DNA of 64,000 nt, from positions 1-64,000 of IMG/VR virus record IMGVR_UViG_3300002835_000001; one strand, written 5' to 3'. The stretch is from a virus. Lineage: Duplodnaviria > Caudoviricetes. Below, piece by piece: positions 27,792-37,392 of the stretch (its first letter is position 1; the number at the start of each line of letters is the position of its first letter). Position numbers and translations under genes: made by a program. The notes beneath the pieces are model-generated. The model was not told the origin of the DNA. It searched no databases and saw only the letters and a program-made list of their open reading frames with translations.

Positions 27792-28418
27792 TTAATTTTT
27801 ATATCTCCAAATGTAACCACCACAAGTTTTTCTATATCCCCTACCTAATGCTGTTAGTGAGATTAAAGGTTGTGCTAAACCAGTTCCTTGTGACGCTTCT
27901 TTTGTACTCGGCCATTCTTTGACAAATGTACCATCTTTTTCATATTGTAAAACTATTTTAGATTTTTTTTCAATACTTTCTTTTGTTTGTTTAGTTCCTC
28001 GTTTGGAATTACCGATGTTTATTTTTCCCTCCTCGGATGTCTTTGTTCCTCTTCGATTACAAGTTCGTTTAGCCGCCTCTGACATTTTTTTTCTAGTTTC
28101 TTCCGAAAATAGATAATTATTTTCAATAAAATCCCTACAATTTTTTAAGTCACAAGTTTTTTTTAAAGTTTCAATCCAATAACGTTCTTTTTCTATTGCA
28201 TCTTCTTCAGATGTGATATCGATAATTTCTAATGATGGTTTTAAATTTGAATTTAATAGACCACATATCCACGCATCTTTTTTATTTTTATGTTTAGATT
28301 TTTTAGATAGATGTATGTGCATACGATATCTAACTTCTGGATTTAAACTCCTCCCAACATAATGAATTTCATTTGTTATTGGATTTTTCAATACGTAAAT
28401 TTTAACTTCTCTTTCCAT
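27792..28418 (-). CDS. GIY-YIG homing endonuclease with NUMOD3/NUMOD1 repeats
   Basis: IYVL..YVGRS..RY..H, E.YWI, FSEETRKKMSEA, VLQY..DG.FVKEWPS and GGYIWRY motifs. Confidence 0.85.
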   Translation of the reverse strand: MEREVKIYVLKNPITNEIHYVGRSLNPEVRYRMHIHLSKKSKHKNKKDAWICGLLNSNLKPSLEIIDITSEEDAIEKERYWIETLKKTCDLKNCRDFIENNYLFSEETRKKMSEAAKRTCNRRGTKTSEEGKINIGNSKRGTKQTKESIEKKSKIVLQYEKDGTFVKEWPSTKEASQGTGLAQPLISLTALGRGYRKTCGGYIWRYKN

Positions 28419-28478
28419 ATTAATAAATATGGTGAAATTGTTAAAAAATCTATTGATACGTAAATCATAATATTTTAT

Positions 28479-28673
28479 TTAATGTTTTCTTAGTATTAAC
28501 CATACTGGTGAATATTGACTTGAACCGATATTTACTTTCTTCCTATGTTTACCAGGTTGATATTTGTTTTGTGAAAGATTGTGGTACCTCATACCACTTC
28601 CAATAATGTGCAATTTTGGATTACATGATGAAAGATAAATAAAAGAAAGAAATAAAAATAATTTTTTAAACAT
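28479..28673 (-). CDS. small lipoprotein
   Basis: MFKKLFLFLSFIYLSSC lipobox. Confidence 0.55.
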   Translation of the reverse strand: MFKKLFLFLSFIYLSSCNPKLHIIGSGMRYHNLSQNKYQPGKHRKKVNIGSSQYSPVWLILRKH

Positions 28674-28683
28674 TTTAAAGTTA

Positions 28684-28983
28684 TTAATTGAACATCTCGT
28701 CTTTACCAACAGCGTCGTGCTGTTTCACTAATTCATTTATTTTACTTTCTATTTTATTCTCTATCACAGCTTCTAAATCTTTATCTTTCCAATTGGTTTC
28801 AAAATAAAATCTTGCCATGTTAAACTTTAACTTAACTTGGTGTAACTCAAACCCCGGTATTAAAACTAAATCTTCCATTTCTTTATCTAAGTAATCAGTT
28901 ACTTCTGGAATGTCAAAACCTAAACCATACCAACCTTCGGGTATGTATGGTTTATACTTTTCGTTAAATTCTTTTGCTGTCAT
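28684..28983 (-). CDS. hypothetical protein
   Basis: GWYGL and QVKLKF...RFY motifs seen in phage hypotheticals. Confidence 0.65.
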   Translation of the reverse strand: MTAKEFNEKYKPYIPEGWYGLGFDIPEVTDYLDKEMEDLVLIPGFELHQVKLKFNMARFYFETNWKDKDLEAVIENKIESKINELVKQHDAVGKDEMFN

Positions 28984-29225
28984 TAGTATTTGTTTTTTAG
29001 TGATTTACCTAAATGTGCTCGACCTTTAATTGTTCCATTAAAGTTGTCCTCTTCAATATTTCTATCAATAATCAATGATGTACTATTAAGACTTATCATT
29101 TCTTGAAGTGCCTTCTTTGCAATTAATCCACCATACTTTCTTTTGTGTTTGGTATTATCTGCACCTAACAATGGTGCCTCAAACTCAACTTCCATCTCCA
29201 AACTAATTGTGTATTTGAATAACAT
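28983..29225 (-). CDS. hypothetical protein
   Basis: 80 aa ORF. Confidence 0.6.
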   Translation of the reverse strand: MLFKYTISLEMEVEFEAPLLGADNTKHKRKYGGLIAKKALQEMISLNSTSLIIDRNIEEDNFNGTIKGRAHLGKSLKNKY

Positions 29226-29236
29226 AAAAAAATAAT

Positions 29237-29710
29237 TTATAAATCTAAAACCTTTAATTGGTCGATGGTGTGTTTTGTACTAACATGATGAATACCAATG
29301 CCACCGGCATCTCTCCAACCTTGGATGTTATCTAATCTATCATCAATTAAAATTGATGTTGGGGTAGCAAAATCTTTCTTATGTTTTGCACTCCTAAGAA
29401 TTAGATGTACATCAGGTAATTCTTTATAAACCCAGTCAAGTTTAGCCACCCTCGAATCTTCCTGACGAGATGGTGCTGAAAGTAATTTTGGATTATACTT
29501 TTCAATATAATTCCACAATCTTTTACCATCTGACATCCATTCTAAATTAATCCAAAAATCATATCCCGCCTTGTTAATTGGGTCCCAAAAATCGGTATCG
29601 GTTCTGTGTACACCATTAAGATCATTACCGGTTAATTTTTTATAACCCTTATCGAAATCAACCAAGACTCCGTCCATATCACAATATATTTTATAATCCG
29701 TATTTTTCAT
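29237..29710 (-). CDS. HAD-family 5'(3')-deoxyribonucleotidase
   Basis: YCDMDGVLVDF, LSAP, K..W and LIDDR motifs. Confidence 0.85.
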   Translation of the reverse strand: MKNTDYKIYCDMDGVLVDFDKGYKKLTGNDLNGVHRTDTDFWDPINKAGYDFWINLEWMSDGKRLWNYIEKYNPKLLSAPSRQEDSRVAKLDWVYKELPDVHLILRSAKHKKDFATPTSILIDDRLDNIQGWRDAGGIGIHHVSTKHTIDQLKVLDL

Positions 29711-29714
29711 AAAA

Positions 29715-29745
29715 CAAATATACATATAATATTTTAAATGGCAAA
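29715..29745 (-). promoter_or_regulatory. Bacteroidota-type promoter
   Basis: Minus strand TTTG-N19-TATATTTG. Confidence 0.65.
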
Positions 29746-29771
29746 AAAAATCCCCAAATTTCTTCGGGGAC
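29742..29771 (-). terminator. intrinsic terminator
   Basis: TCCCCGAA-GAAA-TTTGGGGA plus a T run on the minus strand. Confidence 0.8.
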
Positions 29772-29790
29772 GTTTAATATTATAATTTAA

Positions 29791-30090
29791 TTACATTTCA
29801 ATTCGAGATATAACCTTTCTTGTTTTTGGGTCAATGGCGTACATGTATCCATCGTCTCCTTGAGCTAACGCAAGTTCTACTGGATTACCACTACCACTTT
29901 CTAAATCATTTTCTTCTGATGAATTGAAAAAATCAACTTCAGCAAGTTCACTACTATAATCTTTATCTTCCGAATCATCATATGTCACCTCACCGTCAGG
30001 TAATTGGTACGTTCCGGTTTCTTGTTCATTTACGATATTAGTTACAATACTTTCAATATCTGATTGTGTTAATTTTACTACTTTTGACAT
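29791..30090 (-). CDS. ITESQ-type motif acidic protein
   Basis: MSKVVKLTQSDIESIVTNIVNEQ; TATTTAT box at 30103-30109. Confidence 0.7.
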   Translation of the reverse strand: MSKVVKLTQSDIESIVTNIVNEQETGTYQLPDGEVTYDDSEDKDYSSELAEVDFFNSSEENDLESGSGNPVELALAQGDDGYMYAIDPKTRKVISRIEM

Positions 30091-30228
30091 ATTCTTTTAT
30101 ATATAAATACTCTTTATTATGATTTCTTCTTGTGAATCCCCTTCTTTTGGTTCATCTTAGTGGTTTTTTTAGCCATTTTAAGTCTATTCTTTGTTTTTTG
30201 TTCTCTTTTTGTCATGTAAATAAATACA

Positions 30229-30768
30229 TTATAAAGACAAGAAAGTTGGGAGTTCTAAGTCCTTTTCTGAGACTCTTACAAAAAAATCACTTACTCCCCA
30301 ATCAATATTCAAAGTTGGGTCATTGTATATAATTCCACCTTCACTTTCCTTATTATATGGATTATCAACCTTATATTGAAATATTGCTGTGGTACTTAAA
30401 ACCGAGAATCCGTGAGCACATCCTCTAGGAACAAATAGTTGGTTATTCAATGACCAACCAAGCTCAACCTTAACCACATTACCGTACGTTGGGGAATCTT
30501 TTCTGATGTCCACCGCAACGTCCAATACACGACCTTGGGTACACGAAACTAACTTGGCCTGAGCAAAGACACCACTTTGATAATGAAGTCCCCTAATAGT
30601 CCCTAAATGAGAATATGACATATTATCCTGAACGAACTCCACATCATAACCCACGTTACTATTGAAAACTTCTTTGTTATATGGTACAGAAAAATAACCT
30701 CTACTATCCACATACGTATCGTATGTAATTAGAAAACAACCTTCTATTTCTGTTTTGGTGAATTTCAT
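30229..30768 (-). CDS. rmlC: dTDP-4-dehydrorhamnose 3,5-epimerase
   Basis: DSRGYF, QDNMSYS..GTIRGLHYQ, QAKLV, DVAVDIR..SPTYG, FVPRGCAHGF and YKVDN motifs. Confidence 0.95.
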   Translation of the reverse strand: MKFTKTEIEGCFLITYDTYVDSRGYFSVPYNKEVFNSNVGYDVEFVQDNMSYSHLGTIRGLHYQSGVFAQAKLVSCTQGRVLDVAVDIRKDSPTYGNVVKVELGWSLNNQLFVPRGCAHGFSVLSTTAIFQYKVDNPYNKESEGGIIYNDPTLNIDWGVSDFFVRVSEKDLELPTFLSL

Positions 30769-30769
30769 A

Positions 30770-30946
30770 CTATTTTTTACTTTTATTAATTGATTTCACC
30801 TTTGGGTGAAACACAACATTACTCGGTTTCTTTTTTTTAATTAGAACTTCATTCATTGGTACATAATCGAATTCGGTTTCTCCTGGTGGTACCTTAGTGG
30901 TTTCAGATTTAAAAAAACTGAGTAAAGTTCGTAATAGTTGTGTCAT
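30770..30946 (-). CDS. small basic hypothetical protein (58 aa)
   Basis: Hand translation MTQLLRTLLSFFKSE... Confidence 0.45.
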   Translation of the reverse strand: MTQLLRTLLSFFKSETTKVPPGETEFDYVPMNEVLIKKKKPSNVVFHPKVKSINKSKK

Positions 30947-30997
30947 GGTGGTGAGTTTTATTTTATAATATAATCTTTTTTTTTTAAAAAATAAATT

Positions 30998-31651
30998 CTA
31001 TCCTATAACATTTTGCATTTCATCCGTATGATGATCATCAACCCCAAGTTCGGAACCAATCGGTCTCTTCTTCATGTCGTTTATAACTTTCCTTAAATCA
31101 TATGGTGCAAATTCAGGATTACCATCCATCCCAACATCCATTCTACGACCATTTCCAAACTTTTTATGGTTAGGTAGGTGACAATGTCCATGAAGGTGAA
31201 TACGTCCTTTATTCAATCCATTCCACGAAGCAATTGGGTAGTGCATCAACTCAAGTGTTTCACCTAAGTAATTTAATTGTAGGAACCATTGTGATGATGC
31301 AAAATGTCTTTGGCAAGCTTCACGGTCCCTTTCAATATGGTGGTCATGATTACCAAAAGTTAAATGAATCTCTTTACAGATAATTCTATTACGAAACTCT
31401 TCTATTTGTTCAAACCCACCAAACGACCAATCACCTAAATGAATCAACACATCATCCTGACCGACAACCTCATTGATGTTGTTAACTATTGATGCGTTCA
31501 TTTTATCTAGATTCATGAAATCTCTAGTTTGTGCTTCAGGTACGGAACCATCTAACATTCTCCATTTAGTTACACCACGACATATGTTTGTGTGGTTATA
31601 ATGTGTATCGGATGTTATCCAAACCTTTCTATTGTTCTCTATCTTTAACAT
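30998..31651 (-). CDS. calcineurin-like metallophosphoesterase
   Basis: TSDTHYNH, HLGDWS, GNHD, MHYP and LHGHCH motifs. Confidence 0.9.
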   Translation of the reverse strand: MLKIENNRKVWITSDTHYNHTNICRGVTKWRMLDGSVPEAQTRDFMNLDKMNASIVNNINEVVGQDDVLIHLGDWSFGGFEQIEEFRNRIICKEIHLTFGNHDHHIERDREACQRHFASSQWFLQLNYLGETLELMHYPIASWNGLNKGRIHLHGHCHLPNHKKFGNGRRMDVGMDGNPEFAPYDLRKVINDMKKRPIGSELGVDDHHTDEMQNVIG

Positions 31652-32064
31652 TATCCTCTGAAAAATTTAAAATCTTTATTATTTATCCTTCTATTTGGTG
31701 GTTCTATTCTTTCTATTGTAGACCTAATTGCCGTTTCTCTTTCTAATTGTGCTTGAGCAATTCGTGATATCGGTGGCGGAGGTGGGATAATTCTACCAAA
31801 ACTTGTCATTCGTTGTCTGTTAATTTCTGACATTGTTCTAAACCATCCTCTATGTTGATTGTTACTCTCCCGTTCCATTACCCCATAATATTTCTTCTTC
31901 TCCTCAACATCCTTTCCTACTATTAAAGCCAATATTGGTCCTAACAATAATGCGCCTATTATCATATCCAAACCCAATGTATAATGTTTATTATGATAAT
32001 ACATTACATATGTTGATGACATTATCCAAACCAATATTAAAAAAACGATTAATAACGTACTCAT
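31651..32064 (-). CDS. membrane protein with C-terminal DFKFFRG motif
   Basis: Two TM helices; ends NKDFKFFRG-stop. Confidence 0.7.
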   Translation of the reverse strand: MSTLLIVFLILVWIMSSTYVMYYHNKHYTLGLDMIIGALLLGPILALIVGKDVEEKKKYYGVMERESNNQHRGWFRTMSEINRQRMTSFGRIIPPPPPISRIAQAQLERETAIRSTIERIEPPNRRINNKDFKFFRG

Positions 32065-32078
32065 TTAATAAAATTTAT

Positions 32079-32579
32079 TTAACAAAAATCGTCTGAAGAT
32101 GAAACTCTTAGTCCGTCTACAATTCTATCGTCATATTTTGGGTCATCAAAATATGAACCAGCACCTTTAGACCTTTCATTTTTTCGATATTCACGATTAA
32201 CTACTAACCCATCAGGTTCACCCCATTCAAGTGCCATCGTTATAAATTCCTCAACATTAATCTCTTCTCCGTATTCATTAACAATACGACCCGAACGAAT
32301 AAACTCTAATAGACTTTCTTTATCGTTATAGTATTTGTCTTTGTGAAAGTTCCAACAGAATTTCCAACCCATACTTCGTTTACCTAAATGTATATTTGTT
32401 CCATCGATAAACATTTCCCAAGGTGAAAACCATTCCCAATCTTTTGTTGGTGAGATGTACTTCATTCCCCTTTCGAGGTTTTCCATTGACATATCCATTG
32501 TTGTAACTTGTTGAATTAGAGTTTGTTGTTTCTTCAACATCTCTTCGTGTGTTGGTATTCTGTAGTAGTTTGTGCTCAT
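32079..32579 (-). CDS. hypothetical protein
   Basis: MSTNYY and IHLGKRSMGWKFCW motifs. Confidence 0.7.
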   Translation of the reverse strand: MSTNYYRIPTHEEMLKKQQTLIQQVTTMDMSMENLERGMKYISPTKDWEWFSPWEMFIDGTNIHLGKRSMGWKFCWNFHKDKYYNDKESLLEFIRSGRIVNEYGEEINVEEFITMALEWGEPDGLVVNREYRKNERSKGAGSYFDDPKYDDRIVDGLRVSSSDDFC

Positions 32580-32637
32580 CGTGAGTTAGTTTATAACACA
32601 AAAATAAATATTATTATTGATATATCAAAATATTACA

Positions 32638-32668
32638 AAAAAAATCCCCCAAATTTCTTTGGGGGACT
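32638..32668 (-). terminator. intrinsic terminator (near-copy of 29742-29771)
   Basis: TCCCCCAAA-GAAA-TTTGGGGGA plus a T run on the minus strand. Confidence 0.8.
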
Positions 32669-32720
32669 AACTGAAACCCTACGTAGGTCAGTCCTTGGAA
32701 ATTACCAAGAAAAGGTTAAT

Positions 32721-34109
32721 TTATTTTTTTAATTGATTAATAATATCATTAACAATTCTGTTAACTTTACTTTCGTCTAATTTTGTTATCTTAGTTGTCT
32801 CTTTCCTCGGTTTGAATATACGAGTCGTTAAATCTGGAATAGGATTATAACTCTGAATATCATTACTAACTTTTTCAAGTGCGGCTTCTAATGCCCTATA
32901 AACTCTAGGATTCTTTAATATACTTCCGTTTGGTTCATATGTAAGTTCGGGTTTATCTTTACGTTCCTCAGTTTCGACACTTGCAAAGAAGTTTTTATCA
33001 GGATTTATCGGACCATAGGAATCTTCTCTAAACTTTTCACCGATTTCCGTTTTAATCTCAACAGTCCAAACATATTTCTGAATACCGGTATCATCATTAA
33101 CATATAACTTACCTGTAATTGTTAACCATGTGGTTAATAAATAATCTTGGTCTTCAACCTTATAACCACCCCTCTCATTTTTATGAATTGGGGTAAATGG
33201 ATCTTTAGCAAAAGATAAATCCATTTTAGCATTTTTTCTTTGTCTTGCCCAATTAGCGCTAATTGAATTGAATTGGCGAGCCATACCTTCAGGTTTTATA
33301 CCAAGAGAGGTTGTATCAGCTTCATCAAAAGGAACACCATTCAAATCTAACAACTTATCCGCGTTTTGTGCAAACCTAGCGAAGTCACGAAATGGCAATA
33401 TAGTAAATGATGTGAATTGAAAACTTTCATTTTCTTTCTCCGAATATCTATCAATATTTCTTTTTTGGTGTCCCGGATCTTGTGTTGGGTAATCTAAAGG
33501 AGCAAATCCCGACAATATCATTTTTTTATTTATTCTATCGTTTACTAAAAATTTGGTAACAGGTTTACGGAAGTCTCTTAATAATTTATTTCTTGAACTT
33601 ATAGGTACAGATTTCTTACCTGTATCTTTAAAAGGTATACCTGTTAATTCTTGATACTTTTCCCATCTTGGCGATGGCCCCTTTTTACCTTCAGCCGGAC
33701 CTAATCTAAAGTATTCTGGAACCTTACTAAATCCTAGTTCTTCAACTGTTATAAAAACAATTGGTCTATCTTCACCAAGATATGGATGTACCTTTGTTTC
33801 CAACCACTCTCGGTACTTTGGATCATTAATAATATCTTCTTTGGTTTTATTATGTAATAAATGAACCCCAACCTGCTCACCAGGTCTTTGGAATGGATTC
33901 ATAACATAAAATGACTGATGTTTAGGTTGATCCCCATCATAAGATATGGCTTTTTCAGCCGCGGGTTTTGAACCTAGTTTCTCAGCTTTTGGTCCCTCTC
34001 CTCTTCTTGCCCTTATACCTTGTAATTGGTCGTCAAAGGCCATTTCATCCATCTCAAAATGTGACTCTTGAATAATAGATAATAGATTTTGTTTTGATAT
34101 TTCTTTCAT
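32721..34109 (-). CDS. hypothetical 462 aa protein with ITESQ-type motifs at both ends
   Basis: N-terminal EISKQNLLSIIQES and C-terminal KLDESKVNRIVNDII; TATTTAT box at 34131-34137. Confidence 0.75.
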   Translation of the reverse strand: MKEISKQNLLSIIQESHFEMDEMAFDDQLQGIRARRGEGPKAEKLGSKPAAEKAISYDGDQPKHQSFYVMNPFQRPGEQVGVHLLHNKTKEDIINDPKYREWLETKVHPYLGEDRPIVFITVEELGFSKVPEYFRLGPAEGKKGPSPRWEKYQELTGIPFKDTGKKSVPISSRNKLLRDFRKPVTKFLVNDRINKKMILSGFAPLDYPTQDPGHQKRNIDRYSEKENESFQFTSFTILPFRDFARFAQNADKLLDLNGVPFDEADTTSLGIKPEGMARQFNSISANWARQRKNAKMDLSFAKDPFTPIHKNERGGYKVEDQDYLLTTWLTITGKLYVNDDTGIQKYVWTVEIKTEIGEKFREDSYGPINPDKNFFASVETEERKDKPELTYEPNGSILKNPRVYRALEAALEKVSNDIQSYNPIPDLTTRIFKPRKETTKITKLDESKVNRIVNDIINQLKK

Positions 34110-34176
34110 AATTAAGATAATTCCTTTGATATAAATATAAATTTTTCCAGAATAATCTTGTACCTTAGTCGGTTAA

Positions 34177-34416
34177 TTATTTTTTATGAAATAGGTCATA
34201 AAACATCTGTCTAACCTTTGAACCCAAATCTTGATTGTTTGGGTATAAGTTGATTAAGTACGTGGGAACAACCATCTGTTCTCGACTAATTTCTTTTAAG
34301 TGACAGGTTATACATAATTGACCCGAACCATCTTCATAGCCCACTCTTGAATCGACGTGTGTTGTAACGTCAATATTGGTTTCTTCACCGCAAAGGATGC
34401 ATTTTTCGTTTGACAT
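34177..34416 (-). CDS. small Zn-finger-like hypothetical protein
   Basis: CILC...CITC. Confidence 0.6.
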   Translation of the reverse strand: MSNEKCILCGEETNIDVTTHVDSRVGYEDGSGQLCITCHLKEISREQMVVPTYLINLYPNNQDLGSKVRQMFYDLFHKK

Positions 34417-34479
34417 AACTATAATTTAGAGTACTAAAATAGTAAATATGTTTTAAAAATCCAAGAAAAAATATAAAAA

Positions 34480-35844
34480 TTATACTAAAGCCGCAACCCT
34501 TGGGCTGGCTCCCGAATTGTAACTTGCCACCACTTTCCCAACCAAGTCACCGGTTCCCCATGTTTTTAAAGACTCACATCTAGCAATGTTTGCAGCACCA
34601 ATGTCATCTTTAAGTCCATTAACAATACAATCGTATCTACCATTTTTTAAGGTTTTAATGGTTGCAACCATCCCATCTTCCAAAGATGTGTAGTTTCTAA
34701 CACCAGCACTATTCATTGTAGTTGAACCCGGCAAATTCCATGTTGTGTTGAATGGGTTATATTTTCCTCCGTTACCCTCCGCTTGTCTCCAAGCATACAT
34801 GTACTTCATATTCTCATCACTTACAGGTGCACCTAAGTTTTCTAATAACTTAGCGTAGAAATTTTTATCAGCCAAATCGGCAACATTTATTGTGTCAATA
34901 TTCTTTTTTAAATCTTCAGAAGTAACTCCCCTTTCTTTTAATAGTTCAATCAATTTTTTAAGCATCTCAGGAGTCGCTTTAACCATCGTTTCGGATGGTG
35001 CAGAACCTGAGACTCCTTCTTTATTAGATACGTGTAAATGATTATAGTGATTTCCTCCAGTATCTGTTTGCCATAATACGGCCTTTTGATTACCACCTTC
35101 AGCATTTAACGCGTAACCCATATTAAGCAACTCTTTCTGTACTCTATCGCCTAATTCTCTAAATTGTGGATTACCATTAGAACTATTCGATGCTCCACCT
35201 GCACCAATACCATCCAATAATGCAATATCAACAGCCGTATTTGTGGCGTGTCTACTAGGTTTTCCATTTATGGTTAAATTTCCGTGTCCAGATTTTGCCG
35301 TTGTTATTGTAACAACCACACCTGCGTTAGATGCTGCAGTTTGTAAATCGTCTAATAATGGTTGATTTAATTGGTCATTTTGGGTTCCGTCACTATCAAA
35401 TTTTACGTTAGAATAACTTGTGTCTCCGAGTCGAACAAACACCTCATTGATTGCAGTTTTAGTGTCACTACTTACTTTTTCATTTGTAAACTTATTGACT
35501 GCAGTTGCTGTTTCGGGTCCAAATAGACCATCCACCCCATGGTTAGGTAATTCATACCCTAATAAAATTAAACCGACTTGCATCGATTCAACTTCTTTTT
35601 GGAATGTCATAGACCCACTTTCCTGTTGGGAAATACCTTCACCTTCGGAGGCTTTTTGTAATGTATTATAGAACTCTTCTACGTCGGAAGAAACTAAGTC
35701 GGCCTTTTTGGGATCGTCTGTTTTTTCTATTCCAACTTTTTTTAATATATCATCTAAAAATCCTTGTCCCTGTTCCTGGAGTATTTTATTACCATACGTA
35801 ATTGAATGGATTCTTTCTAAATCTTCTCGTAGTGTCCTTTTCAT
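34480..35844 (-). CDS. multi-domain peptidoglycan hydrolase (PG-binding + M15-like + lysozyme-like)
   Basis: LILLGY..GVDGLFGPET.AV (PG_binding_1); SRH..AVDIA..HYNHLHVS (M15/LAS-type); WRQAEG..NPFNTT..GVRNY C-terminal domain. Confidence 0.75.
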   Translation of the reverse strand: MKRTLREDLERIHSITYGNKILQEQGQGFLDDILKKVGIEKTDDPKKADLVSSDVEEFYNTLQKASEGEGISQQESGSMTFQKEVESMQVGLILLGYELPNHGVDGLFGPETATAVNKFTNEKVSSDTKTAINEVFVRLGDTSYSNVKFDSDGTQNDQLNQPLLDDLQTAASNAGVVVTITTAKSGHGNLTINGKPSRHATNTAVDIALLDGIGAGGASNSSNGNPQFRELGDRVQKELLNMGYALNAEGGNQKAVLWQTDTGGNHYNHLHVSNKEGVSGSAPSETMVKATPEMLKKLIELLKERGVTSEDLKKNIDTINVADLADKNFYAKLLENLGAPVSDENMKYMYAWRQAEGNGGKYNPFNTTWNLPGSTTMNSAGVRNYTSLEDGMVATIKTLKNGRYDCIVNGLKDDIGAANIARCESLKTWGTGDLVGKVVASYNSGASPRVAALV

Positions 35845-35865
35845 AATAATATAAATACTCAGAAA

Positions 35866-36039
35866 TTACATAATCTGATTCTTATCTTCTTCATTTTCTT
35901 TATCACTCCCCCAATTTAAAAAATCTTCACCTTTATAGTCAGGGTGGTTCTTTTGCATGTAATCAATACCAACAACCCATCTCCATGAGATAAAACCAAT
36001 GACGATGAACATTATTCCAAAAACCGGTAAGTATTCCAT
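35866..36039 (-). CDS. small membrane protein (57 aa)
   Basis: Hand translation MEYLPVFGIMFIVIGFISW... Confidence 0.55.
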   Translation of the reverse strand: MEYLPVFGIMFIVIGFISWRWVVGIDYMQKNHPDYKGEDFLNWGSDKENEEDKNQIM

Positions 36040-36043
36040 ATTA

Positions 36044-36406
36044 TTATTTTTTAGTTATTCCGTGTTCTTTTGGTTTACCCTCATTATCAACACATACAAA
36101 CACAAGTTTATCGACAACAATAATTAATCTTTGTGTATCTTTATTTCTGACCATACACTTAATACTAATAGATGTTTTTCCAAGTGATATTAATTCACAA
36201 CCAATTTCAATAACATCACCTAGTTTTGCAGATGAAATAAAATCAATCTCACTCATTATTTTTGTTACAATATCTTTAGTATCAAGTTGACACATACAAA
36301 ATATTGAAGCCTCTTCATCAATCCACTTTAATAACTGTCCACCAAATAGTGTACCTCTCGAATTTAAATCTTCCGGTTTAATTAGTTTTCTAGTTCTGTA
36401 GTCCAT
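36044..36406 (-). CDS. acyl-CoA thioesterase (hotdog fold)
   Basis: PEDLN..GTLFGGQLLKWIDEEA and IDF...AKLGDVIEI motifs. Confidence 0.9.
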   Translation of the reverse strand: MDYRTRKLIKPEDLNSRGTLFGGQLLKWIDEEASIFCMCQLDTKDIVTKIMSEIDFISSAKLGDVIEIGCELISLGKTSISIKCMVRNKDTQRLIIVVDKLVFVCVDNEGKPKEHGITKK

Positions 36407-36989
36407 TATCTATTAAATATTTTATAATCTTTTCTTTTATTCCTGTTTGCTTAATCCCCTCAATACTTTTTGGTGTTAACACAAAGTTTGTTAAACCCCA
36501 ATCCATTTCCATCTCACCCCATGTTTCATTTGTTTGGGGAATACCCATATTCAAATCGTCGACCGCAACCCAATGAGTAATTTCAGGATGTTCCCGTAGA
36601 TATTGTTTAATCTCCAAGGAACGAGACTGTTCTAAGTCATATGTTCTTGACCAAGGAAAATTTTGTGGGACTTCACACTCACCTAAGTTTTTAGTGAACG
36701 ATATTGGTTTTTTTTTGAGTCCTTGTGACTCATAATATTCACCCATCTCCTCAACAGAGGCCCATCTTTTCCAATCAGATGAGACAACGATTTCAGCATT
36801 AGTTTCTTCCAGTATTTCATTTAGTATTTCAATTGCTTTCTTATTAAAATTATCAAAGCGTGCGTCAACGGGTAAAGATTCTACCGATTGACTTAACTTA
36901 CGTACTAATTTTTTTTGTTTTTTATGTCTTCCTCCCCATTCCGTTGATAGACATATGACACCGTCGTGATCAAGAAATATTATCTTCAT
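36390..36989 (-). CDS. HAD domain protein (HAD_SAK_2-like)
   Basis: IIFLDHDGVI, IVVSSDW, R..EI..YL and WVAVDDL motifs. Confidence 0.8.
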   Translation of the reverse strand: MKIIFLDHDGVICLSTEWGGRHKKQKKLVRKLSQSVESLPVDARFDNFNKKAIEILNEILEETNAEIVVSSDWKRWASVEEMGEYYESQGLKKKPISFTKNLGECEVPQNFPWSRTYDLEQSRSLEIKQYLREHPEITHWVAVDDLNMGIPQTNETWGEMEMDWGLTNFVLTPKSIEGIKQTGIKEKIIKYLIDNGLQN

Positions 36990-37389
36990 TGAATTGTGTT
37001 TTAATTACGTCATCAAGTTTTGTCTCAACCAAATCTTTTTTATTTTTTTTGGCTCTCGTTTTTCTAAACGGTTCCATAATTTTTTGTCTTCTTTTGTCCT
37101 TCAACTCCATTAATTTTTTATATGCCAGAACCATTTCTTCACATTGTTCTTTATTATACTCGTCGGTTACTTTATAAAATTTACCATCAGTACCATCCAA
37201 ATCATAATGTATATTCTTTTCATTTACAATATACGGTCTTTGATATGACACACCATTAATTGTGTCTATACAATTAACGACCCCGCAATATTTAATAACC
37301 CCTTTGTTAACACTACCGTATTTGGTGAATTGTATGTACTTATCACCTTCTTCAAACATAAATTTTTCATCGCTTCCTGTTGAGAACAT
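36970..37389 (-). CDS. hypothetical protein
   Basis: 139 aa ORF. Confidence 0.65.
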   Translation of the reverse strand: MFSTGSDEKFMFEEGDKYIQFTKYGSVNKGVIKYCGVVNCIDTINGVSYQRPYIVNEKNIHYDLDGTDGKFYKVTDEYNKEQCEEMVLAYKKLMELKDKRRQKIMEPFRKTRAKKNKKDLVETKLDDVIKTQFNEDNIS

Positions 37390-37392
37390 AAT

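Noticed and set aside
27792-28418. Group I intron hosting the GIY-YIG endonuclease
   Set aside because: The flanking genes are intact and separate and there is no room for intron core elements; it is a free-standing homing endonuclease.
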